DNA of 64,000 nucleotides from Christensenellaceae bacterium (GTDB taxonomy: Bacteria > Bacillota > Clostridia > Christensenellales > UBA1750), in contig JAITGM010000035.1 in NCBI GenBank assembly GCA_031280685.1, positions 107,282-171,281 on the forward strand, in the 5' to 3' direction. How positions within the stretch are numbered: position 1 is the stretch's first letter; every line of letters starts with the position of its first letter. The position numbers and the translations under genes were made by a program. Shown piece after piece: positions 36,706 through 46,944 of the stretch. A model generated the notes under the pieces. It had not been told where the DNA came from, ran no database searches, and saw only the letters and a list, made by a program, of their open reading frames with translations.

Positions 36706-37863
36706 ATGAATCTGCGCAAATACGGAAAGAAGCTGGGCTACGAGGTTTCGGCCCTGGGCCTTGGCTGCATGCGCCTGCCCCGCAAGACGGACGCGGAGGG
36801 CAAGATGATCGTGGATCGCGAAAAGGCCTACGAGCTGATTCGCTACGCGGCCCAGAACGGCATCAATTACTTCGATACGGCCTATGGCTACCACAACCAA
36901 ACGAGCGAAGAGGTTCTGGGCGAAGCGCTCGAGGGCGGACTGCGTGAAAAGGTTAAAATCGCCACAAAGCAGCCCTTCAACGTGATGACCACGCAGGGCG
37001 ACATCCGCAGAAACCTCGAAAACACGCTGAAAAAGCTCAGAACCGACTACATCGACGTGTACTTAATCCATAACATTCAGGCGCCCTTTTGGGATGAGAT
37101 TAAGCGCCGCAAGGTGATTGAAGAATACGAAAAGTTCCGCGCGGAAGGGCTGATTCGCGGCATCGCCTTCTCGTACCACGGGGAATTCCCCTGCTTTAAG
37201 GACGTGCTCTCGTTCTATGACTGGGATATGGCCCAAATCCAGCAGAATCTGGTCGATATCGACCACGAGGCCACCGAGGAGGCCATCCGCATGGCGGGCG
37301 AGAAAGGCACCGCGATGGTGATCATGGAACCCCTGCGCGGCGGCGGGCTGGCCCTGCCCCCGGCACCGGTCAAGAAGATCTATGACGAGGTTGCCCCCGG
37401 CCGTTCCGGCGTGGAGTGGGCCTTCCGCCACCTGCTGAACTACCCTGAGGTCAGCACGATCTTGAGCGGCATGACCACCATGGAGCAGCTTAAAGAAAAT
37501 ATAGCCATCTTTTCAAAGCCGGACGCGGTTGCGGGCTGCTTAAGCGCCGCCGAAAAGCAGGCGCTGCTCCGCGCGAAGACGACCTATGAATCCATGACGG
37601 CGGTGCCCTGCACGGGCTGCGAATATTGCCTGCCCTGCCCGCAAGGCGTGTCGATCCCCGGCGTGTTCTCGGGCTATAACGAAGGGTTCATGTTCGAGAA
37701 CTTCGCCCAACCCCAGCGCAGCTACATGTTTATGACCAGGCGCGGAGCCGACGCCTCAAAATGCGTGGAATGCGGCGCCTGTGAAGCGAAGTGCCCCCAG
37801 CAGATCGCAATCGTTGCGGAGCTGAAAAAGGCCCACGCCAAGCTCAGCGGCTGGGTGGAATAA
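36706..37863 (+). CDS. aldo/keto reductase with C-terminal 4Fe-4S ferredoxin-like extension
   Basis: 385 aa. LGLGCMRLP...GINYFDTAYGY...TDYIDVYLIHN; C-terminal CTGCEYCLPCPQGV and CVECGACEAKCPQ. The promoter-like TTGCAT-17-TAAAAT lies upstream. Confidence 0.85.
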   Translation: MNLRKYGKKLGYEVSALGLGCMRLPRKTDAEGKMIVDREKAYELIRYAAQNGINYFDTAYGYHNQTSEEVLGEALEGGLREKVKIATKQPFNVMTTQGDIRRNLENTLKKLRTDYIDVYLIHNIQAPFWDEIKRRKVIEEYEKFRAEGLIRGIAFSYHGEFPCFKDVLSFYDWDMAQIQQNLVDIDHEATEEAIRMAGEKGTAMVIMEPLRGGGLALPPAPVKKIYDEVAPGRSGVEWAFRHLLNYPEVSTILSGMTTMEQLKENIAIFSKPDAVAGCLSAAEKQALLRAKTTYESMTAVPCTGCEYCLPCPQGVSIPGVFSGYNEGFMFENFAQPQRSYMFMTRRGADASKCVECGACEAKCPQQIAIVAELKKAHAKLSGWVE

Positions 37864-37876
37864 AAAAGGCGTTAAA

Positions 37877-37921
37877 AGCTGGGATTTTGGGTTCTTTGCC
37901 CAAAATCCCAGCTCTGTTTTT
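37877..37921 (+). terminator. intrinsic terminator after the AKR gene
   Basis: AGCTGGGATTTTGGG / CCCAAAATCCCAGCT 15-bp stem followed by CTGTTTTT. Confidence 0.8.
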
Positions 37922-38057
37922 GAGAGGAGTTCAAGTTTTACGCCATAGAATTTCCTGATGCGCAGCCCTTGGGTTTTTGGTATACTGGCAGGGAAGGATT
38001 TGGGGGGACGGGGCGACGCTGCCCGCACCACAATTGGGGGAAGAATGAGGGGGAAGC

Positions 38058-39137
38058 ATGGCGGTTGTACTGATCCCAGCCTATAGGCCGGCGCATAAGG
38101 AAGGCCCGCGCGATGCGGCTAAGCCCAGCGAGTCGATGCAGGATCTGCTCGACGAGCTTTTTGCCCTTGGTGGCTTTGAAGCCGTCGTCATCGTGGACGA
38201 CGGTGGGGGGGAAGCCTACGCCGCCGAGTTTTCCCAGGCGGAAAGCAAGGGCGCGCTGGTGCTTCGGCACGCGGTGAATCGGGGAAAGGGCCAGGCATTG
38301 AAGACCGGGCTGAATTTCATCCTCGAGCGCTTCCCCGGGCAGGGCATTGTTGCCGCGGATTGCGACGGCCAGCATACCCCGGGCGATATTCTGCGCCTGT
38401 GCAGGCTGCTGGACGAAGGCGAAGCCGCGCTGGTTCTGGGCCGCCGCGTTTTGCCTAAATCAAGCCCCTGGAAGAGCCGCGCGGGCAACGCAGTCATGCG
38501 CGCGAGCTTCCACCTTTCGACCGGGGTCAAGGTGCACGATACCCAAACCGGCCTTCGGGCCTTCCCGGCCCAGATGCTGCCGCGGCTGATGACCATCCCC
38601 GGCGACCGCTATGAATACGAGATGAACATGCTGCTGCGCCTGGCGCAGGAGGGCGTTTTGATCAAGGAAGTACCGATTGAAACGGTCTATATCAACAACA
38701 ATATGGGCTCGCACTTCAATCCCGTGCGCGATGCCCTGCGCGTGTTTTCGCGCATCTTCGCCTTCATGGCCTCATCGCTCTTTTGCTATGCCGTGGATTA
38801 CGGCCTGTACGCTCTGCTGCTTTCAAGCGGCGCCCACGCCTGGCTGGCGCATGGCTGCGCGCGCGCGGTTTCCTCCGCGCTCAATTTCGCCCTTAACCGC
38901 AATTACGTCTTTGGTGATACGCGCCAGCCGCTGCCGGTGCAGATCCTTAAATACGGGGCGTTGGTGCTTTTCATTTTGGGGCTTGGCGTCGGAGCGCTGG
39001 CGGCCGGGGAAGCCGCTCACCTAAATGCCTACGTTTTGAAGCCCGCCCTTGACTTCCTCCTGCACTTTGTTTCCTTCGCGGGGCAGAGGCTGCTGGTCTT
39101 TAGCGTCGCGCGCAAAAAAGAGGAGATTCGAGGCTGA
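38058..39137 (+). CDS. family-2 glycosyltransferase fused to a GtrA-like membrane domain
   Basis: 359 aa. VIVDDGGG...ADCDGQH (DxD-type GT2 core), then four hydrophobic helices with ...SALNFALNRNYVFG (GtrA signature). Confidence 0.8.
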   Translation: MAVVLIPAYRPAHKEGPRDAAKPSESMQDLLDELFALGGFEAVVIVDDGGGEAYAAEFSQAESKGALVLRHAVNRGKGQALKTGLNFILERFPGQGIVAADCDGQHTPGDILRLCRLLDEGEAALVLGRRVLPKSSPWKSRAGNAVMRASFHLSTGVKVHDTQTGLRAFPAQMLPRLMTIPGDRYEYEMNMLLRLAQEGVLIKEVPIETVYINNNMGSHFNPVRDALRVFSRIFAFMASSLFCYAVDYGLYALLLSSGAHAWLAHGCARAVSSALNFALNRNYVFGDTRQPLPVQILKYGALVLFILGLGVGALAAGEAAHLNAYVLKPALDFLLHFVSFAGQRLLVFSVARKKEEIRG

Positions 39138-40459
39138 TGGATTTATTCAGCGCCAATGAAGAAAAGGCAAAGCCGCTGGCCGACAGGATGCGCCCCTCCA
39201 GCCTGGACGATTTCCTCGGGCAGGAACATATCGTGGGCAAGGGCACGCTTTTAAGAAGGGCCATTGAGGCCGACCGCCTCACATCATCCATTTTTTTCGG
39301 GCCACCGGGCGTGGGGAAGACAACGCTCGCCTCCATTATCGCGGGCACGACCTCCTCGGCCTTCGTCAAGCTCAACGCGGTCACCAGCGGCGTGGGCGAG
39401 GTGCGCGAGGTGATCGCCAAGGCCAAGGAACTCATTCGCCTGCACGGCAAGAGCAGCTACCTGCTGCTGGACGAATGCCATCGCTGGTCAAAGGCCCAGT
39501 CCGACTCCATTCTGCCCGCCATCGAAAGCGGCTCCATTCGCTTCATCGGCTCGACGACCGAAAACCCGGTCATCGCCATGACGCCGGCCATCGTGAGCCG
39601 TTGCAGGCTATTTGAATTCAGGAGCCTTACCGTTCAAGACGTAAAAAAGGGCGTTTTGCGCGCGCTTCACGATAAGGAGCGCGGCTTTGGCCTGTATGAC
39701 GTGGAACTGCAGGAGGCGGCGCTGGAGCACATCGCCTCCATCGCCAACGGCGATGTACGCAACGCGCTGAACGCGCTGGAACTGGCCGTGCTGACCACTA
39801 CGCCGGGCAAGGACGGCAAAATCGTCATCGACGAGGAGGTTGCCGCGCAGTCCATCCAGCAAAAGGTGCTGGCCATGGATGAAAGCTATTTTTACGATAT
39901 GCTCTCGGCCTTCTGCAAGTCCCTCCGCGGCTCAGACAGCGACGCTGCCCTGGCCTGGTTTGCCCGCATGGTGCAAAGCGGGGTGGATCCGCGCATCATC
40001 GTGCGCAGGGTGGTGGTGCACGCCAGCGAGGATGTGGGCCTGGCCAACCCCCAGGCCATGCTCACGGCCGCCGCGGCCTGGCAGGCGCTCGAATCCATCG
40101 GGATGCCGGAAGCCCGCATCCCCATCACGCAAGCCATCTTGATGGTCTGTGAAAGCCCGAAGTCCAATTCCGTGGTCATGGCCATGGACGCGGCCTTTTC
40201 AGCCGCCCAAAGGGCCGAAAACGCGCCAGTGCCCACGCATCTGCGCGATACGCACTACAAGGGCGCAACCAAAAAGCTGGGCAGGGGCGAGGGGTATCTT
40301 TACCCGCACGATTTCCCCGGGCACTGGGTCGAGCAGCAATACATGCCGCAGGATGCCTTGGGCGAGCAATATTACTTCCCCAGCGAGATGGGCTTTGAGC
40401 AGCGCATCCGCCTTTCTCGCGAGGCGAGGGGCGGCAAAAAGGGGCCAAAAGAGGACTAA
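39137..40459 (+). CDS. rarA: replication-associated recombination protein A (AAA+ ATPase)
   Basis: 440 aa. PLADRMRPSSLDDFLGQEHI, Walker A GPPGVGKTT, LLLDECHRW, and a MgsA C-terminal domain. Its ATG overlaps the upstream stop (TGATG). Confidence 0.9.
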   Translation: MDLFSANEEKAKPLADRMRPSSLDDFLGQEHIVGKGTLLRRAIEADRLTSSIFFGPPGVGKTTLASIIAGTTSSAFVKLNAVTSGVGEVREVIAKAKELIRLHGKSSYLLLDECHRWSKAQSDSILPAIESGSIRFIGSTTENPVIAMTPAIVSRCRLFEFRSLTVQDVKKGVLRALHDKERGFGLYDVELQEAALEHIASIANGDVRNALNALELAVLTTTPGKDGKIVIDEEVAAQSIQQKVLAMDESYFYDMLSAFCKSLRGSDSDAALAWFARMVQSGVDPRIIVRRVVVHASEDVGLANPQAMLTAAAAWQALESIGMPEARIPITQAILMVCESPKSNSVVMAMDAAFSAAQRAENAPVPTHLRDTHYKGATKKLGRGEGYLYPHDFPGHWVEQQYMPQDALGEQYYFPSEMGFEQRIRLSREARGGKKGPKED

Positions 40460-40480
40460 ACGGCAAAACGAAGGGGGCGG

Positions 40481-41685
40481 CTAGTTGGCCGCCCCCGGTT
40501 TTTCGGAGCTTTGCACCGCGTTGATGATCCTAATCGCGGCGCCGAACCAAAACGGCTCCATGCGCCGCGCCACGGCACCGAGCGCCTTTGTGATTTCGAT
40601 CTGCTGCGGGCAGTGCCTTTCGCATTTGCCGCATTTTACGCAGTGGCGCGCCGTGTAGTTCTGCCCGCGGTTGGCCGCCGTACTGGTGATGTATTGGGTC
40701 AGGCCGGTGACGAAACCGTTGGCGTAGGAGGCGTTATAGGCGGCAAAGCAGCCCGGGATGTTGACGTTCTGCGGGCAGGGCATGCAATAATTGCAGCCCG
40801 TGCAGGGGATCTTATAGGCAGCTTCAAAGACCGACTTTACGGCCTCGATCGCGGCGCTTTCTTCCCGCGAAAGGCAACCCGGGCCCGCGCTTTGAGCCGC
40901 CGCGATGTTTTCTTCTAACTGCTGCTCCGCGTTCATGCCCGAGAGCACGACGGTGACCTCGGGCTGGCTAAAGAGCCAGCGAAGCGTCCAGACCGCAGGA
41001 CTGTATGCCGGGTTCGCGTCGCCAAAGATCTTCAGCCCACTTTGGGGCACGCCGCTTGCGAGCCTGCCGCCTAGGAGCGGCTCCATCACGATGACGGGCA
41101 GCCCTTTTTTGGCGGCTGCCAGAAGCCCGGCGCGGCCTGCCTGGTAGGTTTCATTCATGTAGTTGTATTGAATTTGGCAAAAATCCCAGTTGTACGCTTC
41201 AAGCAGCTCAAAAAAACCGCCCTGGGCGCCGTGGAACGAGAAGCCGACCTGCCGAATCGCACCGCTCGCCTTCTTTTCGGCGATCCATTCCTCAATGCCC
41301 ATCGCCACGAGTGCCCGCCATAGATCAGTCGAGGAGATATTATGGATGAGGTAATAGTCGATGTAATCGGTCTTCAGACGCTGAAGCTGGGTAGAAAAAA
41401 ACGTTCAAAATCCGCGCAGCTCTTGCAGAGCTGGAAGGGCAGCTTCGTCGCGATCCTGACCCTTTCGCGCAGCTCGTTGCGCAGGAGGATCTGGCCCAGG
41501 GTTTCCTCGCTGCCCGCGTATAGGTAGGCGGTATCGAAATAGTTGATGCCCCGCTCGATCGCCGTCCGCACCAGCTTTTCGGACTTTGGGTAGTCGAATT
41601 TCCCATTCAGGCCGCGCGGAAAGCGCATGCAGCCAAAGCCCAGAACCGAGAGTCTTTCGCCGTGCCTTTCCTCACGATATTGCAT
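40481..41685 (-). pseudogene. second aldo/keto reductase-4Fe-4S gene, split by a frameshift in a T7/A7 run
   Basis: The N-terminal piece MQYREERHGERLSVLGFGCMRFP...GINYFDTAYLY...ADFERFF stops at 41374. The next frame reads STQLQRLKTDYIDYYLIHN...MGIEEWI... to 40481 with CTGCNYCMPCPQ and CVKCGKCERHCPQ. The junction is the A7 run at 41395-41401 (plus strand); one extra base restores the frame. Confidence 0.75.
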
Positions 41686-42107
41686 GGCCCATCCTCCGTA
41701 AAACCGCTTGGCGAGCAGCGCACCTGCCCGTTCAAATGCAAGGTAATACAAAGGAGCAGGCTCTGTCAATCCCTTCATGCCCGCTTTTCGTCGCGCAAGG
41801 CGCGTAAAAAGAGAAAAAGAGGCGGAGGCGCCCTCTTTGGCGGCAACGATCACGCTCCGCCCTCGCATGAGCCTTTGTGCAGACCGAGCTTTTTGGAACT
41901 ATGAAGCAATCACGCCAAATAGACGCCAAAAGCTCGGCATTTCGTGGCAATCTTGACGCAAGAGCTTCCTCATTATAATGCTGCGCTTCCATCCCCGAAA
42001 CGGCCTGAAATTCCCCCTTCAAAAAGCGCCAAAAGCCATCAACTGCCAGTATCTTTCGCCTTCCCGGGGCCACAATAAGCTCATCAAATCAAGGAGGTGA
42101 ATCTGAG

Positions 42108-42314
42108 ATGAACAAGAACACTTCGAGCAAGATCGGTGCTTCCGAGGCCAAGCAGGCTCTGAGCAACATGAAGTTTGAGATCGCGAACGAATTGGGCGTG
42201 AACCTCAAGCAGGGCTACAATGGCGACATTTCTGCCCGTGACGCCGGCTATGTTGGCGGCTACATGGTCAAGCGCATGATCGAGGATTACGAGCGCCAGA
42301 TGAGCGGCAAGTAA
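42108..42314 (+). CDS. alpha/beta-type small acid-soluble spore protein
   Basis: 68 aa. ALSNMKFEIANELGV...GDISARDAGYVGGYMVKRMIE, the classic SASP motifs. AAGGAGG RBS. Confidence 0.9.
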   Translation: MNKNTSSKIGASEAKQALSNMKFEIANELGVNLKQGYNGDISARDAGYVGGYMVKRMIEDYERQMSGK

Positions 42315-42517
42315 TCCCCGCGAAACCAAAAAGGAGATAAGCCAAGCCCTTTGCGGCTAGTTTATCTCCTTTGGTTTTGCCTTATGAGCGAAAAAACGAG
42401 CACGGCGCTAAGGAAAAAATCGGAACCGCGTTACCGCGGCCACGGCGGGATTAAGCGCCTGCCGCAAGGGTAAACTACAGGAAAGCTAAAAAGCGAATTC
42501 GGGGGAGAGGACGCAAG

Positions 42518-43369
42518 ATGAAAAAAAGGGAATGGTTCGTGCTGCTGCTGACTGCCCTGGCGCTCGCCGCCCTGCTCTCGCCCGGCGAGGAAACGCCGCC
42601 CGGCGAAACCGCGTTGGTCGCCCGGCGCACGATTGAAAAGAAGATCGAGGCCGTCGGCATCGTGCAGAACGAGAAAATTTACCCTGTCGCCCCCTTGGCG
42701 AGCGGAAAACTGCGCCTTTTCGTAAAAAACGGCGAGTTTGTGCGCAAGGGGCAGGCTTTGTTTGAGATAGAGAACGCGGATTATGAGGGGCTGTCTTCCC
42801 TGATTGCGGAGGGGAAGGCAAGCGAGCCCAACCGGACCGCTTCGGAGCTTTACGCGCTGAACAGCGCTCCAAGTCCGGCGGCGGGGAGCATCGTGGAATT
42901 GAATGGCTATGACGGCATGGTAGCCATCAGCGGCACGCCGCTGATGGCCGTGGCTTCGCGCGAGCTGCTGGTGAGCTTTCTCCTGCCGCAGGCCCAGCGC
43001 GAAAACCTAAAAATAGGGCAAAAAATCTTCGTGAACCGCGGCAGCCTGAGAACCGAGGGGGAAATCCTCTCGATTCTCCCGTCGGATACCCAGGGCCAAT
43101 ACAGGGCGGAGGCGAGCATTCCCGCCACCTCTTCACCTGAATTTCTTCCCGGCATGCAGGTCGATCTGCAGATCGTTCTGGATTCGGTTACCGCCCCCAG
43201 CGTGCCTCTGAGCGCGATAAAAAACGGCAAAATCTATTGCGTGCTTCCACAGGGCATTGAGGAAGTTCCTGTGCACACCGGCCTTTGCGATGAATTGTTC
43301 ATTTCGCTGCTCTATGGCCCGGTCGAGGGGACGAAATTGCTGCTGAACGCGGAAGAGGCCGCCTCGTGA
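42518..43369 (+). CDS. HlyD/MacA-type periplasmic adaptor (membrane-fusion) protein
   Basis: 283 aa. N-terminal anchor MKKREWFVLLLTALALAAL and the lipoyl-like hairpin G.L.LFVKNGEFVRKGQALFEIE. Confidence 0.7.
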   Translation: MKKREWFVLLLTALALAALLSPGEETPPGETALVARRTIEKKIEAVGIVQNEKIYPVAPLASGKLRLFVKNGEFVRKGQALFEIENADYEGLSSLIAEGKASEPNRTASELYALNSAPSPAAGSIVELNGYDGMVAISGTPLMAVASRELLVSFLLPQAQRENLKIGQKIFVNRGSLRTEGEILSILPSDTQGQYRAEASIPATSSPEFLPGMQVDLQIVLDSVTAPSVPLSAIKNGKIYCVLPQGIEEVPVHTGLCDELFISLLYGPVEGTKLLLNAEEAAS

Positions 43370-44532
43370 GGTGGCTGAGCCTGTGCTCGCAGGCCATAAC
43401 AAGCCTTAAACTCAACAAAATTCGCAGTTTTTTAACGATTTTAGGCCTAGCCGTGGGCGTGGGGGCCATCGTGGCGATCGGCTCGCTCGGCTTTGCCGGT
43501 ATGGGCGAGGTAAGCTCGGAGCTCAAGCGCTTCGGGATCGACAGGCTCTGGCTGGAGGCAGATTCGCCCGGCATCGAGCTTGGCGAAGCGCAGTTGCGCC
43601 TTCTTTCGAAAAAGGCACCCGAGCTGCTCTTTTGCCCCCTGCGCTATGCGGTTCTTCCGGCCGGTTCCGGGAATGAAAACCGGGCCGCTCAGGTCGTGGG
43701 TACCCTCTCGAGCTATTTGCAGATCGAAAACCTGCCAATTGCCAGCGGCAGATTCCTATTGCAGCAGGATCAGGAAAACTCCCTGCGCGTGGCGGTCATT
43801 GATGAAAGGTTAGCGCAGGATCTAAAGATCGCGGAGCCAGTCATCGGCCAGCGGCTGCGACTTGGTGCGGGAAGCTTCGTCATCGTTGGCCTGATTCAAA
43901 GCGTCGGCGCCACATTTTTAGACGGCGGCGCTTCAGAGCTCCCGAAGGTCTACCTACCGCTGACTTCCTTTGAGCAATATATCGGCCTTGGTGCGGCAGA
44001 CGAGATTTCCATCCGCGTGCCCGGCGGGATAGATGAAGGCATCGCGACGCTTCGGCGAGCTTTGACCGAAAGCTTCCCAAACCAGCACTTTACAATCAGC
44101 TCCCTGCGCGCGCAGATCGAGTCCGCAGACAGGGTCATGAACATTTTTCAGTTGATCCTGCTCTGCGTGGGCGCAATCTGCATGCTGACTGGCGGCATCG
44201 GCGTCATGAACGTGCTGCTTTGCGCCGTGCGCGAGCGCAAGCGCGAAATCGGCATTCGAAAGGCGCTCGGCGCGAAAGATTCCGACATCGCGGAGCAATT
44301 CGTCTTTGAAGCGCTGCTCTATGGCCTTGCCGGCGCCGTCGCCGGGCTCTTCCTCGGCGCCGTTTTTACCCGCTTGGGCGCGGATGTGGTCCAGATCCAT
44401 GCCCCGATCTCGCCTTCGATGACGCTCTTGGCCGTTTGCTTTTCCTGTCTGGTTGGGCTGGTTTCCGGGGTCTATCCGGCGCTTCGGGCCTCCAAAATCC
44501 CCCCGGTCGCCGCAATGCGCTCGGGTTCTTGA
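43366..44532 (+). CDS. MacB/FtsX-type ABC transporter permease
   Basis: 388 aa. SLKLNKIRSFLTILGLAVGVGAIVAI, a large extracytoplasmic domain, and a C-terminal FtsX region (REIGIRKALGA). It overlaps the adaptor stop. Confidence 0.8.
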   Translation: MRWLSLCSQAITSLKLNKIRSFLTILGLAVGVGAIVAIGSLGFAGMGEVSSELKRFGIDRLWLEADSPGIELGEAQLRLLSKKAPELLFCPLRYAVLPAGSGNENRAAQVVGTLSSYLQIENLPIASGRFLLQQDQENSLRVAVIDERLAQDLKIAEPVIGQRLRLGAGSFVIVGLIQSVGATFLDGGASELPKVYLPLTSFEQYIGLGAADEISIRVPGGIDEGIATLRRALTESFPNQHFTISSLRAQIESADRVMNIFQLILLCVGAICMLTGGIGVMNVLLCAVRERKREIGIRKALGAKDSDIAEQFVFEALLYGLAGAVAGLFLGAVFTRLGADVVQIHAPISPSMTLLAVCFSCLVGLVSGVYPALRASKIPPVAAMRSGS

Positions 44533-44696
44533 GCTTTCGTAATAATCTTGCAAAGCCTTTGTGTGCTTTTACAGAAAATCAGAAGAACAATTTGTGAAAA
44601 AAAACAGTGGATTATTCCTCTCGCGCACGATATAATGGCTACAATAGACATGAGCGCGCGAAAGCGCGCCCACAATAAGCGGGAGGTAGAAGCAAA

Positions 44697-45815
44697 ATGG
44701 CAAGCGTATCCTTGCAGCATATCTACAAGGTCTATGCGGGCGGCGTAACTGCGGTAAGCGATTTTACCCTTGAGATCGAAGATAAGGAATTCGTCGTGCT
44801 CGTCGGCCCGTCCGGCTGCGGCAAATCCACCACCCTTCGCATGGTGGCAGGCCTTGAAGAAATTTCCGACGGCCAGCTCTACATCGGCGACAAGCTCGTC
44901 AACGACGTGGCCCCCAAGGATCGCGACATCGCGATGGTGTTCCAGAACTACGCCCTCTACCCGCACATGACGGTTTACGACAACATGGCCTTCGGCCTAA
45001 AACTGCGCAAGACCCCCAAGGCCGAAATCGACCGCCGCGTGAAGGAAGCCGCAAAGATTTTGGACATTGAGCATCTTCTCACCCGCAAGCCTAAAGCGCT
45101 TTCTGGCGGCCAGCGCCAGCGCGTCGCTCTTGGCCGCGCCATCGTTCGCGAGCCCAAGGTCTTCCTGATGGACGAACCGCTTTCTAACCTCGATGCCAAG
45201 CTGCGCGTGCAAATGCGCGCCGAAATCACCAAGCTTCACCAGAAGCTACAAACCACCTTCATTTACGTTACCCACGACCAGACCGAGGCCATGACGATGG
45301 GCTCCCGCATCGTGGTCATGCGCGACGGCTTCGTGCAGCAGGTCGATACCCCGCAGAACCTTTACGATTTCCCCACTAATCTCTTCGTTGCGGGCTTCAT
45401 TGGCACCCCGCAGATGAACTTCATCGACGCGACCTTGGAGCGTCGCGGCGACGGCGTCTGGGCGCTTTTTGGCGAGAACCAGGTCAAGGTTCCAGATGGC
45501 AAGATCCAGAAATTCAAGGGCGACTATATGGGCAAGACCGTAAAGCTCGGCGTTCGCCCGGAAGATATCCACGACGAGCAGCTCTTCATCCAGAACAGCC
45601 CGGATTCCACCGTGAGCATGGATGTGGATCTAGTCGAATTGATGGGTTCCGAAACCTACCTCTATCTGCGCACCACCGGCACGGACGCGATGCTGACCGC
45701 CCGCGTGGATGCCCGCTCGGTTTCCCGCACCGGCGACAAGATCAAGGTGGCTTTCGATGCCAACCACTTGCACTTCTTCGATATCGACACCGAGGAGACC
45801 ATCTTGGATCGTTAA
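44697..45815 (+). CDS. sugar ABC transporter ATP-binding protein (MsmX/MalK/UgpC type)
   Basis: 372 aa. [34 protein letters not shown], and a C-terminal TOBE-like regulatory domain. Confidence 0.9.
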   Translation: MASVSLQHIYKVYAGGVTAVSDFTLEIEDKEFVVLVGPSGCGKSTTLRMVAGLEEISDGQLYIGDKLVNDVAPKDRDIAMVFQNYALYPHMTVYDNMAFGLKLRKTPKAEIDRRVKEAAKILDIEHLLTRKPKALSGGQRQRVALGRAIVREPKVFLMDEPLSNLDAKLRVQMRAEITKLHQKLQTTFIYVTHDQTEAMTMGSRIVVMRDGFVQQVDTPQNLYDFPTNLFVAGFIGTPQMNFIDATLERRGDGVWALFGENQVKVPDGKIQKFKGDYMGKTVKLGVRPEDIHDEQLFIQNSPDSTVSMDVDLVELMGSETYLYLRTTGTDAMLTARVDARSVSRTGDKIKVAFDANHLHFFDIDTEETILDR

Positions 45816-45901
45816 TCCCAAGCAGCGGGGCTGTAAAATAAACGATGCGCCGCGGCAGCTTTTTTGCCGCGGCGCATTTCAATGGTTTTGGGGTAAGAAA
45901 A

Positions 45902-46933
45902 ATGCAAAATCAAGCTTTTAATCGTTTCCTTAGCGAACTCGAAGGCACGCGGCTTCCATTTGGCGTCTATGCCCTGTCCGGCGAAGCGTTGCACCAGAAG
46001 GATGCCGAGGATCTGCCGCCCGCCCTTCGCTTTGACGGCGAATTTGCCCGCATAAAGGGCAATCTTTACGCAAAAACGGGGGATGGGCTCATCCTGGCCC
46101 TCCCTGAAAGGGTGCCGATCGCGGAAGCGATGCTGCGCCTGGCGCTCGCCTTGGCGCACAGCCTTTTGGGCGCGCAGTCTGAGCACGACGGCAAGGAGGA
46201 TCTGCTGCGGCAGCTCCTAACCAAAGGGCTGAATGCCGCGGGACTGGATCTGCTTGCCGCCGAAACCGGAATCGACCCACAGGCGGAGTGCTGTACGGTG
46301 CTCTTCCAGGTCAGCGGGGACGCGGACGCCGTTGCCCAAGCCCTGCGCGAAACCCTGGGCGGTACGGGCGGGGGGAGGGCGACCTGCCTTGGCCCCGATT
46401 TGGTCGCCCTTTTGCATCCGATGAGCGGCATGCGGCAGGCCGAGCTCCTGGAGTTTGCCGAGGCCTTCGCGCTGACCGCGCAAGAAGAGGCCGGAAGTAG
46501 CTTTTGGGCGGGCATCGGCGAGCCACGGCAAGGGCTTGCCCAGGCGCGCCTTTCTTTTGACGAAGCGCGCAGCGCCCTTGAGCTTGGGCGCGTCTTCAGG
46601 CCGCAGCAAAGCGTATTTTGTTACCGAAATCTCTTAATCGAGCGCTTTATGGGCGAGATCCCCGCCGCCGTGGCCAAGCGCTACCACGAGCTGCTCTTTA
46701 ACCGCCGAAACTCCCGCGTGCTCAACGAAGAAATGATGAAGACCATCACGACCTTTTTTGATTGCCACCTGAACATCTCAGAATCCGCGCGACAGCTCTA
46801 TATCCACCGCAACACCCTCGTTTACCGGCTAGATAAGGTTCAGGCCTCGACGGGGCTCGATCTTCGCACCTTTGACAATGCCATCATCTTTAAGCTATTA
46901 TTCATGCTGGGTAAGCGAGAAGAAACGATGTGA
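45902..46933 (+). CDS. PucR/CdaR-family transcriptional regulator
   Basis: C-terminal HTH NISESARQLYIHRNTLVYRLDKV. Start moved to MQNQAFNRF because ORF-track start 45845 lies inside the msmX-like terminator hairpin (45845-45877). Confidence 0.7.
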   Translation: MQNQAFNRFLSELEGTRLPFGVYALSGEALHQKDAEDLPPALRFDGEFARIKGNLYAKTGDGLILALPERVPIAEAMLRLALALAHSLLGAQSEHDGKEDLLRQLLTKGLNAAGLDLLAAETGIDPQAECCTVLFQVSGDADAVAQALRETLGGTGGGRATCLGPDLVALLHPMSGMRQAELLEFAEAFALTAQEEAGSSFWAGIGEPRQGLAQARLSFDEARSALELGRVFRPQQSVFCYRNLLIERFMGEIPAAVAKRYHELLFNRRNSRVLNEEMMKTITTFFDCHLNISESARQLYIHRNTLVYRLDKVQASTGLDLRTFDNAIIFKLLFMLGKREETM

Positions 46934-46944
46934 GGCGGTCAGCT

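Noticed and set aside
41732-42073. 113-aa minus-strand ORF between the AKR pseudogene and the SASP gene
   Set aside because: It has no RBS and no recognisable motif. It overlaps the likely promoter/leader regions of both neighbours.
42000-42107. Possible forespore (sigma-G type) promoter upstream of the SASP gene (GTATC ... CACAATA)
   Set aside because: The match to the GHATR-N17/18-CATXHTA consensus is weak and I cannot score it without a matrix. It is left unannotated.
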